NCBI GenBank assembly: GCA_964592775.1
Contig: CAZQFX010000004.1
Location: forward strand, 1 to 40,166
DNA: 40,166 bases
Reading direction: 5' to 3'
From: an uncultured Actinomycetota bacterium
GTDB lineage: Bacteria > Actinomycetota > Geothermincolia > Geothermincolales > RBG-13-55-18
The translations under genes were made by a program, and so were the position numbers. Shown in pieces: positions 1-8,247 of this stretch. The first letter of the stretch is position 1; each line of letters opens with the position of its first letter. A model generated the notes under the pieces. It searched no databases and had not been told where the DNA came from. It saw only the letters and a list, made by a program, of their open reading frames with translations.

Positions 1-211
1 TGATCTGCTCCACCTGCGGGCGCAGTTGTTCCACGTCCACTTGCTGCTGGCGGAATTGCTCCAACAGGCCTTCGCCCAATTGGGCCACCATCTCTCCGCG
101 CTGCTTGCGCATCGCGTTTACCTGGCCCTTCTGCTTGGTGCCGTCCAGCGCCTGGTCGATCTGCGAACCCAGACTGGATGCCTGCTCCTTGATCTTGTCG
201 AGAAATCCCAT
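1..211 (-). CDS. hypothetical protein, N-terminal part only (gene runs off the left edge)
   Basis: Absent from the ORF track because there is no stop in the window. The reverse complement of 209-211 is ATG, preceded by GGTGAGGGAA. Hand translation is MGFLDKIKEQASSLGSQIDQALDGTKQKGQVNAMRKQRGEMVAQLGEGLLEQFRQQQVDVEQLRPQVEQI. GC3 is high and the sequence is Q/E/K-rich with a helical look. No family recognised. Confidence 0.5.
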   Translation of the reverse strand, partial: MGFLDKIKEQASSLGSQIDQALDGTKQKGQVNAMRKQRGEMVAQLGEGLLEQFRQQQVDVEQLRPQVEQI

Positions 212-444
212 TCCCTCACCTCGCTCGCGTTGATACGGTTACCGGCTTTTATATTATAGAACACCGTTTCGAGGCCAGCTAACCGGAGGCGGGCAGCAAC
301 CGGATTGTCACCGTTGCCGAATCGCGGCCGCGGCACTACGCGGCGTGGATACCCCGATGCTGTAACGGATCTCACTTGCCCGTCTTGTGATAATGACGGG
401 ATGGCGCGCGGATGGGTTCCTCCGTCCCGGGCGGTCGGCGTATC

Positions 445-1863
445 TCAGAAAGGCGCCTCCTGCCCCGTGAGCAGCTTGTGGATGGCCCGGGCCGAGTTCT
501 TCCCCGCCCCCATAGCCTCGATCACCGTGGCCGAGCCGGTGACTATGTCGCCCCCGGCAAAGATGTTCTCCATGGAAGTCTGTCCCGTTTCCGGGTCCGC
601 CTCGATATAACCCCACTTGTTCCGCTTCAGTTCCGGCAGGGTGGAAGGAAGAAGGGGATTTGCCCTGGTCCCAATGGCCATCACCACCAGGTCCACCTCC
701 AGCTCGAACTCGGAGCCCTTGATGGGGACGGGACGGCGCCTGCCGCTGTCATCCGGCTCCCCCAGCTCCATCTCCAGGCATTCCATCCCCCTCACCCACT
801 CGTCTCCGATGATGCGCACGGGAAGGGTGAGGAACTTGAAGGCCACGCCTTCCTCGACGGCGTGCTCCACCTCCTCCGCGCGCGCGGGCATCTCGGCGCG
901 CGAGCGGCGGTAGACGATGCTCGCCCCCTCCGCCCCCAGGCGGAGGGCGGTGCGCGCGCTGTCCAGGGCCACGTTGCCGCCCCCGATCACGGCCACCCTG
1001 CGGCCGCGCTTGATGGGAGTGTCGTAGGCGGGGAAGAGGTAGGCCTTCATGAGGTTGGACCGGGTGAGGTATTCGTTCGCCGAGTATACGCCGTTGAGGT
1101 TTTCCCCGGGTATGTCCATGAACATGGGCAGCCCGGCCCCGATGGCGATGAAGGCGGCCTCGTATCCATCGGCGAAGAGCTCCTGCAGGGTGTTGCTGCA
1201 TCCGATGACCTGGTCCAACCTTATCTCAACCCCGAGGCGATGCACGTATTCGACCTCGCGCATGACGATGGCCTTGGGGAGGCGGAACTCGGGTATGCCG
1301 TAGGCAAGAACCCCGCCGGGGGCATTGAGAGCCTCGAAGATGGTGACCTCGTGCCCCATGCGGGCCAGGTCCCCGGCGCAGGTGAGCCCCCCCGGACCCG
1401 CGCCGATGACCGCCACCTTCTTGCCCGTTGCGGGGCTTCCGGGCGGGATGATCGTCTCTCCATGAGCGGCCTCGTAATCGGACGCGAAACGCTCCAGCCT
1501 GCCGATGGCCACCGGTTCGCCCTTCTTGCACAGGGTGCAGACCTCCTCGCACTGCGTCTCCTGCGGGCAGACGCGCCCGCAGATGGCCGGCAGGTTGTTC
1601 TGCTCCTTCAGCTTGGACGCCGCGCCCATGAAATCGCCCTCCTCTATGGAGGCGATGAAGGCGGGGATGTCGATCTCCACCGGGCATCCCGCCACGCACG
1701 GCTTCTTCTTGCACTGCAGGCAGCGCGAAGCTTCCCGTACGGCCTCGGCTTCCCCCAGCCCCAGGGCGACCTCGTCGAAATTGCCGATGCGTGCCCCGGG
1801 GTCCTGCTGGGGCATGGCGACGCGCGGTATCCCGGCTCTTTTCTTCTTTTCCTCTGCGCTCAT
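445..1863 (-). CDS. NfnB/SudA-type NAD(P)H oxidoreductase (homotetrameric glutamate synthase GltA family; 2x[4Fe-4S] + FAD/NAD(P) domains)
   Basis: ORF 445..1875. Cys clusters CLQCKKKPCVAGCP and CGRVCPQETQCEEVC. Dinucleotide folds VAVIGAGPGGLTCA and VAVIGGGNVALD. C-terminal GGDIVTGSATVIEAMGAGK. I prefer ATG 1863 (MSAEEKKK, purine-rich GGGGTGGGCAAAGGG upstream) over the track start GTG 1875. Confidence 0.9.
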   Translation of the reverse strand: MSAEEKKKRAGIPRVAMPQQDPGARIGNFDEVALGLGEAEAVREASRCLQCKKKPCVAGCPVEIDIPAFIASIEEGDFMGAASKLKEQNNLPAICGRVCPQETQCEEVCTLCKKGEPVAIGRLERFASDYEAAHGETIIPPGSPATGKKVAVIGAGPGGLTCAGDLARMGHEVTIFEALNAPGGVLAYGIPEFRLPKAIVMREVEYVHRLGVEIRLDQVIGCSNTLQELFADGYEAAFIAIGAGLPMFMDIPGENLNGVYSANEYLTRSNLMKAYLFPAYDTPIKRGRRVAVIGGGNVALDSARTALRLGAEGASIVYRRSRAEMPARAEEVEHAVEEGVAFKFLTLPVRIIGDEWVRGMECLEMELGEPDDSGRRRPVPIKGSEFELEVDLVVMAIGTRANPLLPSTLPELKRNKWGYIEADPETGQTSMENIFAGGDIVTGSATVIEAMGAGKNSARAIHKLLTGQEAPF

Positions 1864-1943
1864 CCCTTTGCCCACCCCTGTCGATTCGAAGCGGTATATG
1901 GGCTGTAGAAAATATACGCGCCTTTCTTTCCTCAGCGCAACAG

Positions 1944-2113
1944 AACGGGGTCGTATCTTCGATCTTCGGTCCCCGGTAACTCAGGGGTCCTCATATCCGG
2001 ATGTGCACGTACCAGGCCTTGACCTGGCTCGGCTCGGTCGAGGCGCCGGGTTCGCTTCCGCGATGCGTCCTGCAGGGCATTGGTGGTGAGCCGAAGATCG
2101 ATACGACCCCGTT
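1944..2113. repeat. long-range inverted repeat (arm 1944-1969 / arm 2091-2113)
   Basis: AACGGGGTCGTATC[TTC]GATCTTCGG matches the reverse complement of CCGAAGATCGATACGACCCCGTT at 23/23 positions, apart from a 3-nt bulge. The arms enclose 121 nt. The 13-mer CGAAGATCGATAC (2092-2104) recurs exactly at 8301-8313. Confidence 0.8.
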
Positions 2114-2530
2114 CACGTTCACACCGGCGGCTCCCCGGTGGGCGCGGCTGGTCGCTAGGAGCCAGGCTGACAGAGAATTGATCCCCAGTCCGGGGGTCAG
2201 CCCTCCGTCTTCCACACCATCACACAAGTGGTGACTGTAAGCTGGGATTTCATTGCATAGCGTGGAAAACGGTACGTCGCTACGCTCCTCACCACAAGTT
2301 TCGGGTTGACCCCCGCCTTGAATCGCGCCAGTTCATATATTCTCGGCCAGTCCCTCATGCCGCAAGGTCGCGGCACCATCAAAGGATGAAAACAGCTTCG
2401 CGCCATGAATGGGAAACAAGATATGGTACCGCAAAGGCTATTTTCGGAACAGCCCGGAGCCATATGAGGGGAGGCTCTCACGTACGGTTCTGTGGGAGCG
2501 AGAGGGAGAGAGTCCCTTGCGCCACCCGAC
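2003..2530 (+). mobile_element. possible full extent of an ORF-less (or decayed) group II intron
   Basis: The only GUGYG-like 5' candidate upstream of domain V is GUGCA at 2003. No RT/maturase ORF lies in this 769-nt gap or anywhere else in the window. Domains I-IV were not reconstructed by eye. Confidence 0.3.
2457..2530 (+). ncRNA. group II intron domain V (2457-2490) and domain VI-like helix with bulged A2524 (2494-2527), putative 3' splice site near 2530
   Basis: GAGCCAUAUGAGGGGAGGCUCUCACGUACGGUUC is 34 nt. It has the AGC triad, the AC bulge and the invariant 3' CACGUACGGUUC of canonical domain V, and its upper helix is kept by compensatory pairs. Three nt later a GGG/CCC + GCG/CGC + GGGA/UCCC helix leaves an A unpaired 7 nt before AC. 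Confidence 0.75.
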
Positions 2531-2632
2531 CCTATGGCACGCGTACTCTCGGATAAGGAGTCCGGAACCGGGTCGATGGCTGCGCGCGTCTTACCTTCAT
2601 GGGCTGAGGGAACGCGCACTGGAGGTAAGAAG

Positions 2633-3598
2633 ATGACAAGGAAGCGGTGGATAAGCGTTACGGCGGCGCTGGTCACTCTGACAGTGGCCGTGGCGGCCGC
2701 GGTGCTGGGGTGTGGTGGAGACGATGAAGCGAATCTGTTAGAAGTCAGCGATGAATCGGAAAGGAGAGGCGTCGATCTCGATAAGGCCGCACCGAAATCC
2801 GAACAGTGGCAGGCTTTTCCTGAGGAAACGAACGACTCCATGACCTCTTCCATGGGCGGGGAGGCGGGGATGGCCCCTACCTCTCCGGGCTCGCCCACCC
2901 TGCCCCAACGCCAACTAAAGGTGATCAAGACGGCTCTCATGGAGATGGACGTGGCGAAGGGCGACTACGCGAACATAAGGGAGGATGCCGTGGCCATCGC
3001 CTACGCGGCGGGAGGTTACGTGGAGGGCGAGAGCGCCCGCCGGGACGACGAGGGCCTCACCTACGCGACTATCACCCTGCGCATACCCTCGGATAAGTTC
3101 GACGAAGTGGTGTCCGGCGTGTCCGAGCTGGGTGAGGTGGTCTCGACCCAGGTGTCCACGAACGACGTGAGCGCGGAGTACGTGGACCTTGAGAGCCGGC
3201 TCAGGCATCTCCAGGCGGAGGAGACCTTCTACCTCTCGCTCATATCCAAGGCCCAGACCATACAGGAGATGATCACCATCCGCGAGCACCTCGACTCCAT
3301 CCAGTTGGAGAAGGAGCAGGTTCAGGGCAGGATGAATTTCCTCGACCAGCAGGTGGGCTTCTCCACCCTCACCCTCTCCGTGGACGAGAACGCTCCCGAC
3401 GAGGACAAGGAGGGGTTCTGGAACACGGTGGGCGATGCCTTCAAGAGCTTCGGCAGGGGGATGAAGAAGCTGGCGGTGGGGTTCTTCTACGCCCTTCCCT
3501 ATTTCGTGGTACTGGCCGCGATCGCCGTCGTTGTCTGGCTTCTGGCGCGGCGCCACCGCCGCAAAGCAGCTCCCGGAGAACCCGGCAGCGCCGGGTAG
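2633..3598 (+). CDS. DUF4349 domain-containing lipoprotein
   Basis: In frame with ORF 2492..3598. GGAGG at 2621-2625 precedes ATG 2633. N-terminus MTRKRWISVTAALVTLTVAVAAAVLGCGGDD carries a signal peptide and lipobox Cys. Central coiled-coil region (AEYVDLESRLRHLQAEE) and a C-terminal TM helix fit the DUF4349 architecture. Confidence 0.85.
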   Translation: MTRKRWISVTAALVTLTVAVAAAVLGCGGDDEANLLEVSDESERRGVDLDKAAPKSEQWQAFPEETNDSMTSSMGGEAGMAPTSPGSPTLPQRQLKVIKTALMEMDVAKGDYANIREDAVAIAYAAGGYVEGESARRDDEGLTYATITLRIPSDKFDEVVSGVSELGEVVSTQVSTNDVSAEYVDLESRLRHLQAEETFYLSLISKAQTIQEMITIREHLDSIQLEKEQVQGRMNFLDQQVGFSTLTLSVDENAPDEDKEGFWNTVGDAFKSFGRGMKKLAVGFFYALPYFVVLAAIAVVVWLLARRHRRKAAPGEPGSAG

Positions 3599-3699
3599 CC
3601 CGCATCGCTGCGCCAACTCACCCGGGCGGCAAAATGAGATAGGCATATGGTTTCTCTGCAATAAGTGTGGACGAATGGAGGATGAGGATGGTCAACTCT

Positions 3700-3735
3700 G
3701 GCCGAGGGGCCAGGCATGGAACGGACCCCTCGGCC
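3700..3735. repeat. perfect 10-bp hairpin GGCCGAGGGG(16 nt)CCCCTCGGCC between convergent genes (GGCCGAGG repeat family; possible bidirectional terminator)
   Basis: Arms at 3700-3709 and 3726-3735 are exact reverse complements. The core is shared with 14317-14344 and 30248-30326. The T6 run at 3751-3756 is 15 nt away, so this is not a classical terminator. Confidence 0.6.
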
Positions 3736-3739
3736 TGAA

Positions 3740-3767
3740 GCCACCCGCGCTTTTTTACAGAAGAACC
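3740..3767 (-). repeat. copy of the GGTTCTTCTCC..GCGTGGG repeat family (F1)
   Basis: The minus strand reads GGTTCTTCTGTAAAAAAGCGCGGGTGGC, close to GGTTCTTCTCCAAAAAGCGTGGGTGGC at 35385-35411. Confidence 0.6.
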
Positions 3768-3917
3768 TTGCAGAATATCCAGGTATATCAACCTGCGGGA
3801 AACGGGGGAGTACGTAAGGTGATATCCCGTAGAGAATCCCCTGACCGGGCTCGCCCCGGGCTGGAATATACCGGCTGGCGAGACCTCCAGCCGGGCGGTC
3901 CGGGCACCACGAGATGA

Positions 3918-5813
3918 TCAGTTGCTGTTGGGGACGACCGGCAGGATGAGGCGGGACGCCGCATCCCCGCGGTGGTGCAGGAGGATGAAGCTCAAACCCC
4001 AGACCGGCCAGGTCATCAGGAGATCCGCGGTGGCTATCTCCAGCTTGATCCGGCATCCTTTCCGGAAACGGCGGTAGCAGGCCTGCATCTCCACCGGTTG
4101 GCTACCGGTGTTGCTCATGGCCCAGGGTGTCCCGCTGTAACCCTCGTACCAGCCCCTGCTTACGAGCGTCTCCTTTCCGTCCGGCGAGACCTCGTAGATC
4201 CTGGGGATGAGCTGGGCGAAGTTCTGCGAGCACTGGTAGTACAACTGGAGGGTTGGCGGGCCCATGATGGTGATATCCTTGCTCAAGGGATCCGAAAGGT
4301 AGCTGCGCTCCGTTAACGGTATCTCGAGAAGCTTGATCTTGCTGGGGATATCCAATTTTTGCCAGCCGACCATCTCCGTCACGTCCTGGTAGTAAGGGAG
4401 CGATATCGAGCCCGTCACCCCGATGTTCAGCAGCAGGTTGGGTGAGGCGGTGTTCCCGCGCGGCCTGCGGGTGGAAAGCCTTCCTCCGTTAGAGGCATCG
4501 AGGTAAAGGGAGGTGAGGCGCGTGCCGGGCAGGGGATAGGCGCTGGCCGCGCCGTAGTTGGCGGGATCCCGGTCGCGGTAGTAGGAGAGCCGCGGCCCGC
4601 CTTCGGCTCCGTTGTCCACGCCCTTGAGGAAATGATCGAACCACATGCGCACCTGTTCCTCCACCCAGTCGTACTCCGGCCCTCCCGGGAGGTCGACGAA
4701 GAAGTTGTTGCCCATCCCCCCGATATGGCCGTGGTTGGTGATGATCATGCGCGCGGGGGCCTGCATGCAGGTGGAGAGCACCCGCAGGCCCTCGTTGGCA
4801 TAGAAGATGTCGTCGTTCCAGCCCGCCACCATGAGCATGGGGGCGACCATGGGGTGCTCGACGATGCCGTCGTACTCCTCGTCACACCAGTACCTGGCGG
4901 AACGGGCCTGCAGGTACTTCTTCCCGGCCTCGACGTCTTCCAGCCGCCGCTGCATGGCCGCCCCCACTAGCCACACGAGTTCTGGGGTCACGTTGCTGAA
5001 AGCGGGAGACACGCCGCCGAGCTTGCCGAGCGTACCGATGAGGGCGTTGAGCTTCTCCCACCCCCCCATGTCCTGGCGCATGATGATATTGAGGATGTTC
5101 TCGAACATGCCTGCGAGGTTCCCCCCGTACGACCCGATGACGAGGAAGACGCCCCAGAACGCCTTCGCCGCGCCGTTGGGCATGATGGAAAATACCAGGT
5201 CGGCGCCTCCGTGCATGGGAACCACGGCCCGTATCCGGGGGTCCCCGGGATCGCCCGGCCTGGGATCTTTACGGGGGGCCACCAGATAGGCAAGACAGCC
5301 GCCCATGGAATACCCGGTCACGCCGACCACCGGCCCCCTGTCGTCCCACGACACGGGGAAGCGCCCGTCCTCGCTTGCCAGGGTGATTATGTGCCTGATG
5401 TCGCGCACTTCGTACTCCGGGTCCATGCAGCCGATCTGGCCTTCCGCGCCGAACCAGCCTCTCACCGTGAAGGTGACGGTCACGTAGCCCTCGCTCGCGT
5501 ACTCCAGGGCCTGCCTCTCGAAGACGAGCTTGTCGGTGTCCCAGGGATGGATGAAGACAATGAGGGGGAAGGATGCACCCTTGCCGCTCGTGGCCGGATA
5601 GAAGACCGAGACGGGGAGCTTCGTGCCGTCCCACATGGCCCACGTCTCGTCCACCCGTCGGACCTCGTAGCCACCGGCCGGGGTCTCGGGTGCATCTGCG
5701 GCCGTCGCCGCGGTGATACCCTGCGCGGGCGATGGCGTCACTCCCGTTCCCAGGATGGCGAGTAGGATCAGCAGGGTGAATGTAATGGCTCTCCGGAAAG
5801 CGGAATACAGCAT
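3918..5813 (-). CDS. secreted alpha/beta hydrolase, CocE/NonD (X-Pro dipeptidyl-peptidase S15) family
   Basis: 631-aa ORF. RBS GGGGGGAGAG precedes ATG 5813. N-terminal signal peptide (ITFTLLILLAILGTGVTPSPAQG). Nucleophile elbow GYSMGG. A long C-terminal beta-rich domain is typical of CocE/NonD hydrolases. Confidence 0.85.
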   Translation of the reverse strand: MLYSAFRRAITFTLLILLAILGTGVTPSPAQGITAATAADAPETPAGGYEVRRVDETWAMWDGTKLPVSVFYPATSGKGASFPLIVFIHPWDTDKLVFERQALEYASEGYVTVTFTVRGWFGAEGQIGCMDPEYEVRDIRHIITLASEDGRFPVSWDDRGPVVGVTGYSMGGCLAYLVAPRKDPRPGDPGDPRIRAVVPMHGGADLVFSIMPNGAAKAFWGVFLVIGSYGGNLAGMFENILNIIMRQDMGGWEKLNALIGTLGKLGGVSPAFSNVTPELVWLVGAAMQRRLEDVEAGKKYLQARSARYWCDEEYDGIVEHPMVAPMLMVAGWNDDIFYANEGLRVLSTCMQAPARMIITNHGHIGGMGNNFFVDLPGGPEYDWVEEQVRMWFDHFLKGVDNGAEGGPRLSYYRDRDPANYGAASAYPLPGTRLTSLYLDASNGGRLSTRRPRGNTASPNLLLNIGVTGSISLPYYQDVTEMVGWQKLDIPSKIKLLEIPLTERSYLSDPLSKDITIMGPPTLQLYYQCSQNFAQLIPRIYEVSPDGKETLVSRGWYEGYSGTPWAMSNTGSQPVEMQACYRRFRKGCRIKLEIATADLLMTWPVWGLSFILLHHRGDAASRLILPVVPNSN

Positions 5814-5881
5814 CTCTCCCCCCTTCGTCGCAGCGTCTCCAGCCTGTACTCTTTCGATAGCGAAGTGTGCCAGCGGCCTTA

Positions 5882-6044
5882 GTGCACCGTTTCATAATTA
5901 CGGTTGCATTCGATCGCCGCTGCATCCCCACCCGCTGTGTTCCGCTCCCTGCGACGTACTCGCAGATTACGCCTCAGCCGCGCGCCTTGCGGGTGGGGCG
6001 CAGCGTCGCTCTCGATACGTCACCGTAATTACGAAACGGTGCAC
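5882..6044. mobile_element. MITE-like 163-bp element with 23-bp terminal inverted repeats and TTA flanking duplication
   Basis: GTGCACCGTTTCATAATTACGGT (5882-5904) matches the reverse complement of ACCGTAATTACGAAACGGTGCAC (6022-6044) at 22/23 positions. Both ends are flanked by direct TTA (5879-5881 and 6045-6047). The interior is also largely self-complementary (CTGCATCCCCACCCGC / GCGGGTGGGGCGCAG). The core 5943-5977 recurs inverted at 25927-25961. Confidence 0.6.
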
Positions 6045-6254
6045 TTAGTGAGGATAGTTTCGGGGAGGTGGCTACGTTCGTTGCTGCGAAATATGGGCCC
6101 GAGAACCGTGCATGCTTACCGGCCACCCCTCAGCTCTTCTTATTTATAACATCATGTAGCCGGACATTTCAAGCCGGTTTATTCAGACCGGGGTCTCGAA
6201 ACTCTGAATCTGCCTGAGCCGGGGGTCGCACCTCGGCCTGGGCCTGGAAGGAGA

Positions 6255-6446
6255 TCAGGTGAGCGGTTTGAGCAGTACCTTGTGTTCGAGGAGGGTGATG
6301 GCGGCCACCTCGGCCTCCAGGACGCTCTCCTCGCCGATTATGTTGGAGAGGATGACTTTTCCGCCCTCCTCCCTGACGTTGATCACGTCCTCCATGATCA
6401 GCTTTTCCTCGTCCCCCTCGAGCAGGTAGGCGTGTGATTCGCACAT
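6255..6446 (-). CDS. cooT: CooT-family nickel-binding protein
   Basis: Internal start of ORF 6255..6515. GGGAGG RBS, then MCESHAYLLEGDEEKLIMEDVINVREEGGKVILSNIIGEESVLEAEVAAITLLEHKVLLKPLT (63 aa). The Met-Cys2 start and EGG motif match the CooT family as I recall RrCooT. Confidence 0.75.
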   Translation of the reverse strand: MCESHAYLLEGDEEKLIMEDVINVREEGGKVILSNIIGEESVLEAEVAAITLLEHKVLLKPLT

Positions 6447-6448
6447 CC

Positions 6449-6841
6449 TCAATTTCCTCCCGTGGTCTCGAAACGGATGCTGCGCACGAGGTGATTCCAA
6501 CCGCACCCGATGCATACCTCCACGACGTAACAGGTGAAGTCCCCGTACTTCTCCCTCAGGCCGTTGAAGACGGCGCGGGCGGGAAAAACGCGTCCGTTGT
6601 CACGGTCGAGGTCCTTGCCGTATACGAAGTTGAGCAGGCGCAGGCGCTCGCGCTTGCACACCGGGCAGATGCTGCGCGTATCCTCACCGACGTTGACCGC
6701 GATACGCCGTATCTCCGGATGCGCGTCGCATACGTCGTATACCGACAGGCGGCCGCAACGGTAATCGCGCAGCACCGACCGCTTGCGCAGGGTGTAATCC
6801 ACGCTGCTCGCAGTCTTCCGCATCTTCATATCATCTACCAT
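6449..6841 (-). CDS. DUF5318 domain-containing protein (actinobacterial conserved, Cys4 zinc-ribbon-like)
   Basis: 130 aa. VDYTLRKRSVLRDYRCGRLSVYDVCDAHP..CPVCKRERL..YVVEVCIGCGWNHL matches the DUF5318 pattern. Its stop is 2 nt from the cooT ATG. Confidence 0.8.
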   Translation of the reverse strand: MVDDMKMRKTASSVDYTLRKRSVLRDYRCGRLSVYDVCDAHPEIRRIAVNVGEDTRSICPVCKRERLRLLNFVYGKDLDRDNGRVFPARAVFNGLREKYGDFTCYVVEVCIGCGWNHLVRSIRFETTGGN

Positions 6842-6850
6842 AATGCGTTA

Positions 6851-6856
6851 ATTATA
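6851..6856 (-). promoter_or_regulatory. TATAAT -10 box only 9 nt upstream of the DUF5318 ATG (near-leaderless transcript)
   Basis: The minus strand reads GGGGTATAATTAACGCATTATG. There is no Shine-Dalgarno sequence before ATG 6841 and no convincing -35. Confidence 0.4.
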
Positions 6857-6953
6857 CCCCACCGCTACGGGTGGCCGGCATGACATCTCCTCGCCCTGCT
6901 TCTCCAGATTAGCGGGGAGTCGGTGAAGCGGGCATGTCTCGGGAAAGAGACGT

Positions 6954-7580
6954 TCAGGTCTGTTGCTCGTCGCTCTGGATGCCCCGCAGGTGGCTGGTGT
7001 CGTTCAGCCGCTGTATGACCCAGCCGTGTTCCCCCCTAGAGATGAAGTTCATGGCTCCGTTGGACTGTTCCACCCTCCAGATACCGGAGATGGGAAGGCC
7101 CAGCACCAGGCAGAGAGCGATGCGGTTGATGAGTTTATGGCCGACCAGCAGCACCGTCCCCCCGTGCTCCCGCGCCAGCCATTCCAACCCCTCGTACAAG
7201 CGCTCCCTCACCTCCCGTACGGCTTCACCGCCGGGGAAAACGGCTCTCCCGGGATCGTCGGCCCAGATGGCGAACTCACGAGGCCAGGTCGAGCGGATCT
7301 CGTCGATACTCCTCCCGCTCCAATGCCCGTAATCCACGTCGATAAAACATTCAAGAGGGCCGGCCTCTCCGCCGTGCCTTCCCGCTATTACCGCGGCCGT
7401 CTCCATGGAGCGCCTCAGGGGGCTGGAGTAGAAAGCCTCGAACGGTTTTTCCGCCAGGTAATCCGCCGCCGCCCGCGCTTGGTTCATGCCGCGTTCGTTC
7501 AGAGGCAGGTTGATGCGGCCGCGGAACACGTCCGCGCGGTTGTATTCCGTCTCCCCGTGTCTTGCCAGCACCAGCTCCAT
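6954..7580 (-). CDS. histidine phosphatase family protein (phosphoglycerate mutase-like)
   Basis: 208 aa. N-terminal LARHGETEYN (RHG catalytic motif). The downstream GHKLINR-type His motif (LLVGHKLINR) is present. Confidence 0.9.
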   Translation of the reverse strand: MELVLARHGETEYNRADVFRGRINLPLNERGMNQARAAADYLAEKPFEAFYSSPLRRSMETAAVIAGRHGGEAGPLECFIDVDYGHWSGRSIDEIRSTWPREFAIWADDPGRAVFPGGEAVREVRERLYEGLEWLAREHGGTVLLVGHKLINRIALCLVLGLPISGIWRVEQSNGAMNFISRGEHGWVIQRLNDTSHLRGIQSDEQQT

Positions 7581-7716
7581 TCACCTCTCCTCTCGCCCGC
7601 CGGTCATTCGAGCATAGATGAGGCGGTTACGATGTGGCAATGATGTGCCGCGCGATAGGCGGAAACGGCGATAGCCTCGAGGCCCTGCGACATGGAGCAT
7701 GGAGGGTGGAAAGAGT

Positions 7717-8175
7717 TCAGTACTGGCCCTGCGCCCTGGCCGCCTCCATGGCCTCCATGTAGCCCATGGTGGCATAGTAGATGGCGCGGTCGAAGTAGAG
7801 GACTACCTGGTTGTTGAGCTCCAGGGCCTGGTAGAGCTCGAGGTTGGTCTGCGTGAATCCTTCCGATATGACCTCGAGCCATAGGTAGCGCTTGAGAAGG
7901 ATGAGGGCCATGAGCTCCTCTTCCAGGCGGAAGCCCTCCTGGAAACGGCGCTGGCCCAGGTTCATGTAGAAGTGTCTTATCTCCTCCTGCCTGGTCTCCG
8001 GGCTGAGCCAGTATCCCAACCTCTCATAGACCGCCATGGCGCGCTCGAAGAGGAGTTCCTCGGGAAAATGGTGATAGGTGGGAGTGTGTCTGGACCGTTT
8101 TACCTCTTTGAGCCAGAGCTTGGCTACCTTGTCCGCCCGGGTCTCTATCAGCTTAATGAATCTTCTGGTCAGCAC
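7717..8175 (-). CDS. hypothetical protein, RsbRD_N-like (non-haem globin-type sensor fold) stand-alone domain
   Basis: 152 aa. GTG start with GGAGG 6 nt upstream. Coding-like GC3 throughout. The family assignment rests only on general resemblance. Confidence 0.6.
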   Translation of the reverse strand: MLTRRFIKLIETRADKVAKLWLKEVKRSRHTPTYHHFPEELLFERAMAVYERLGYWLSPETRQEEIRHFYMNLGQRRFQEGFRLEEELMALILLKRYLWLEVISEGFTQTNLELYQALELNNQVVLYFDRAIYYATMGYMEAMEAARAQGQY

Positions 8176-8247
8176 GGCAACCTCCGGCTATGCTACGTCT
8201 CGCTCATGCTCCGTATAGGGCGAAGGACAGAGTTATTATACCCCGTC

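Noticed and set aside
412-1908. Long ORFs antisense to accepted genes: 412..1908 (+), 11340..13508 (+, 722 aa spanning glxK and the NfnA-like gene), 18957..20021 (-), 20382..21557 (-), 27642..29186 (+), 37472..38602 (+), 22890..24152 (-) and many shorter ones.
   Set aside because: These are typical high-GC shadow ORFs. They have Arg/Gly/Pro/Ala-rich low-complexity translations and no recognisable motifs. Each is fully overlapped by an opposite-strand gene with clear family signatures and RBS.
2197-2940. ORFs 2197..2940 (-), 2409..2636 (+) and 2001..2234 (+), and the N-terminal 47 codons of ORF 2492..3598.
   Set aside because: They cover the group II intron core. The peptide EPYEGRLSRTVLW is simply domain V translated. 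The real DUF4349 start is the RBS-preceded ATG 2633, which carries the signal peptide.
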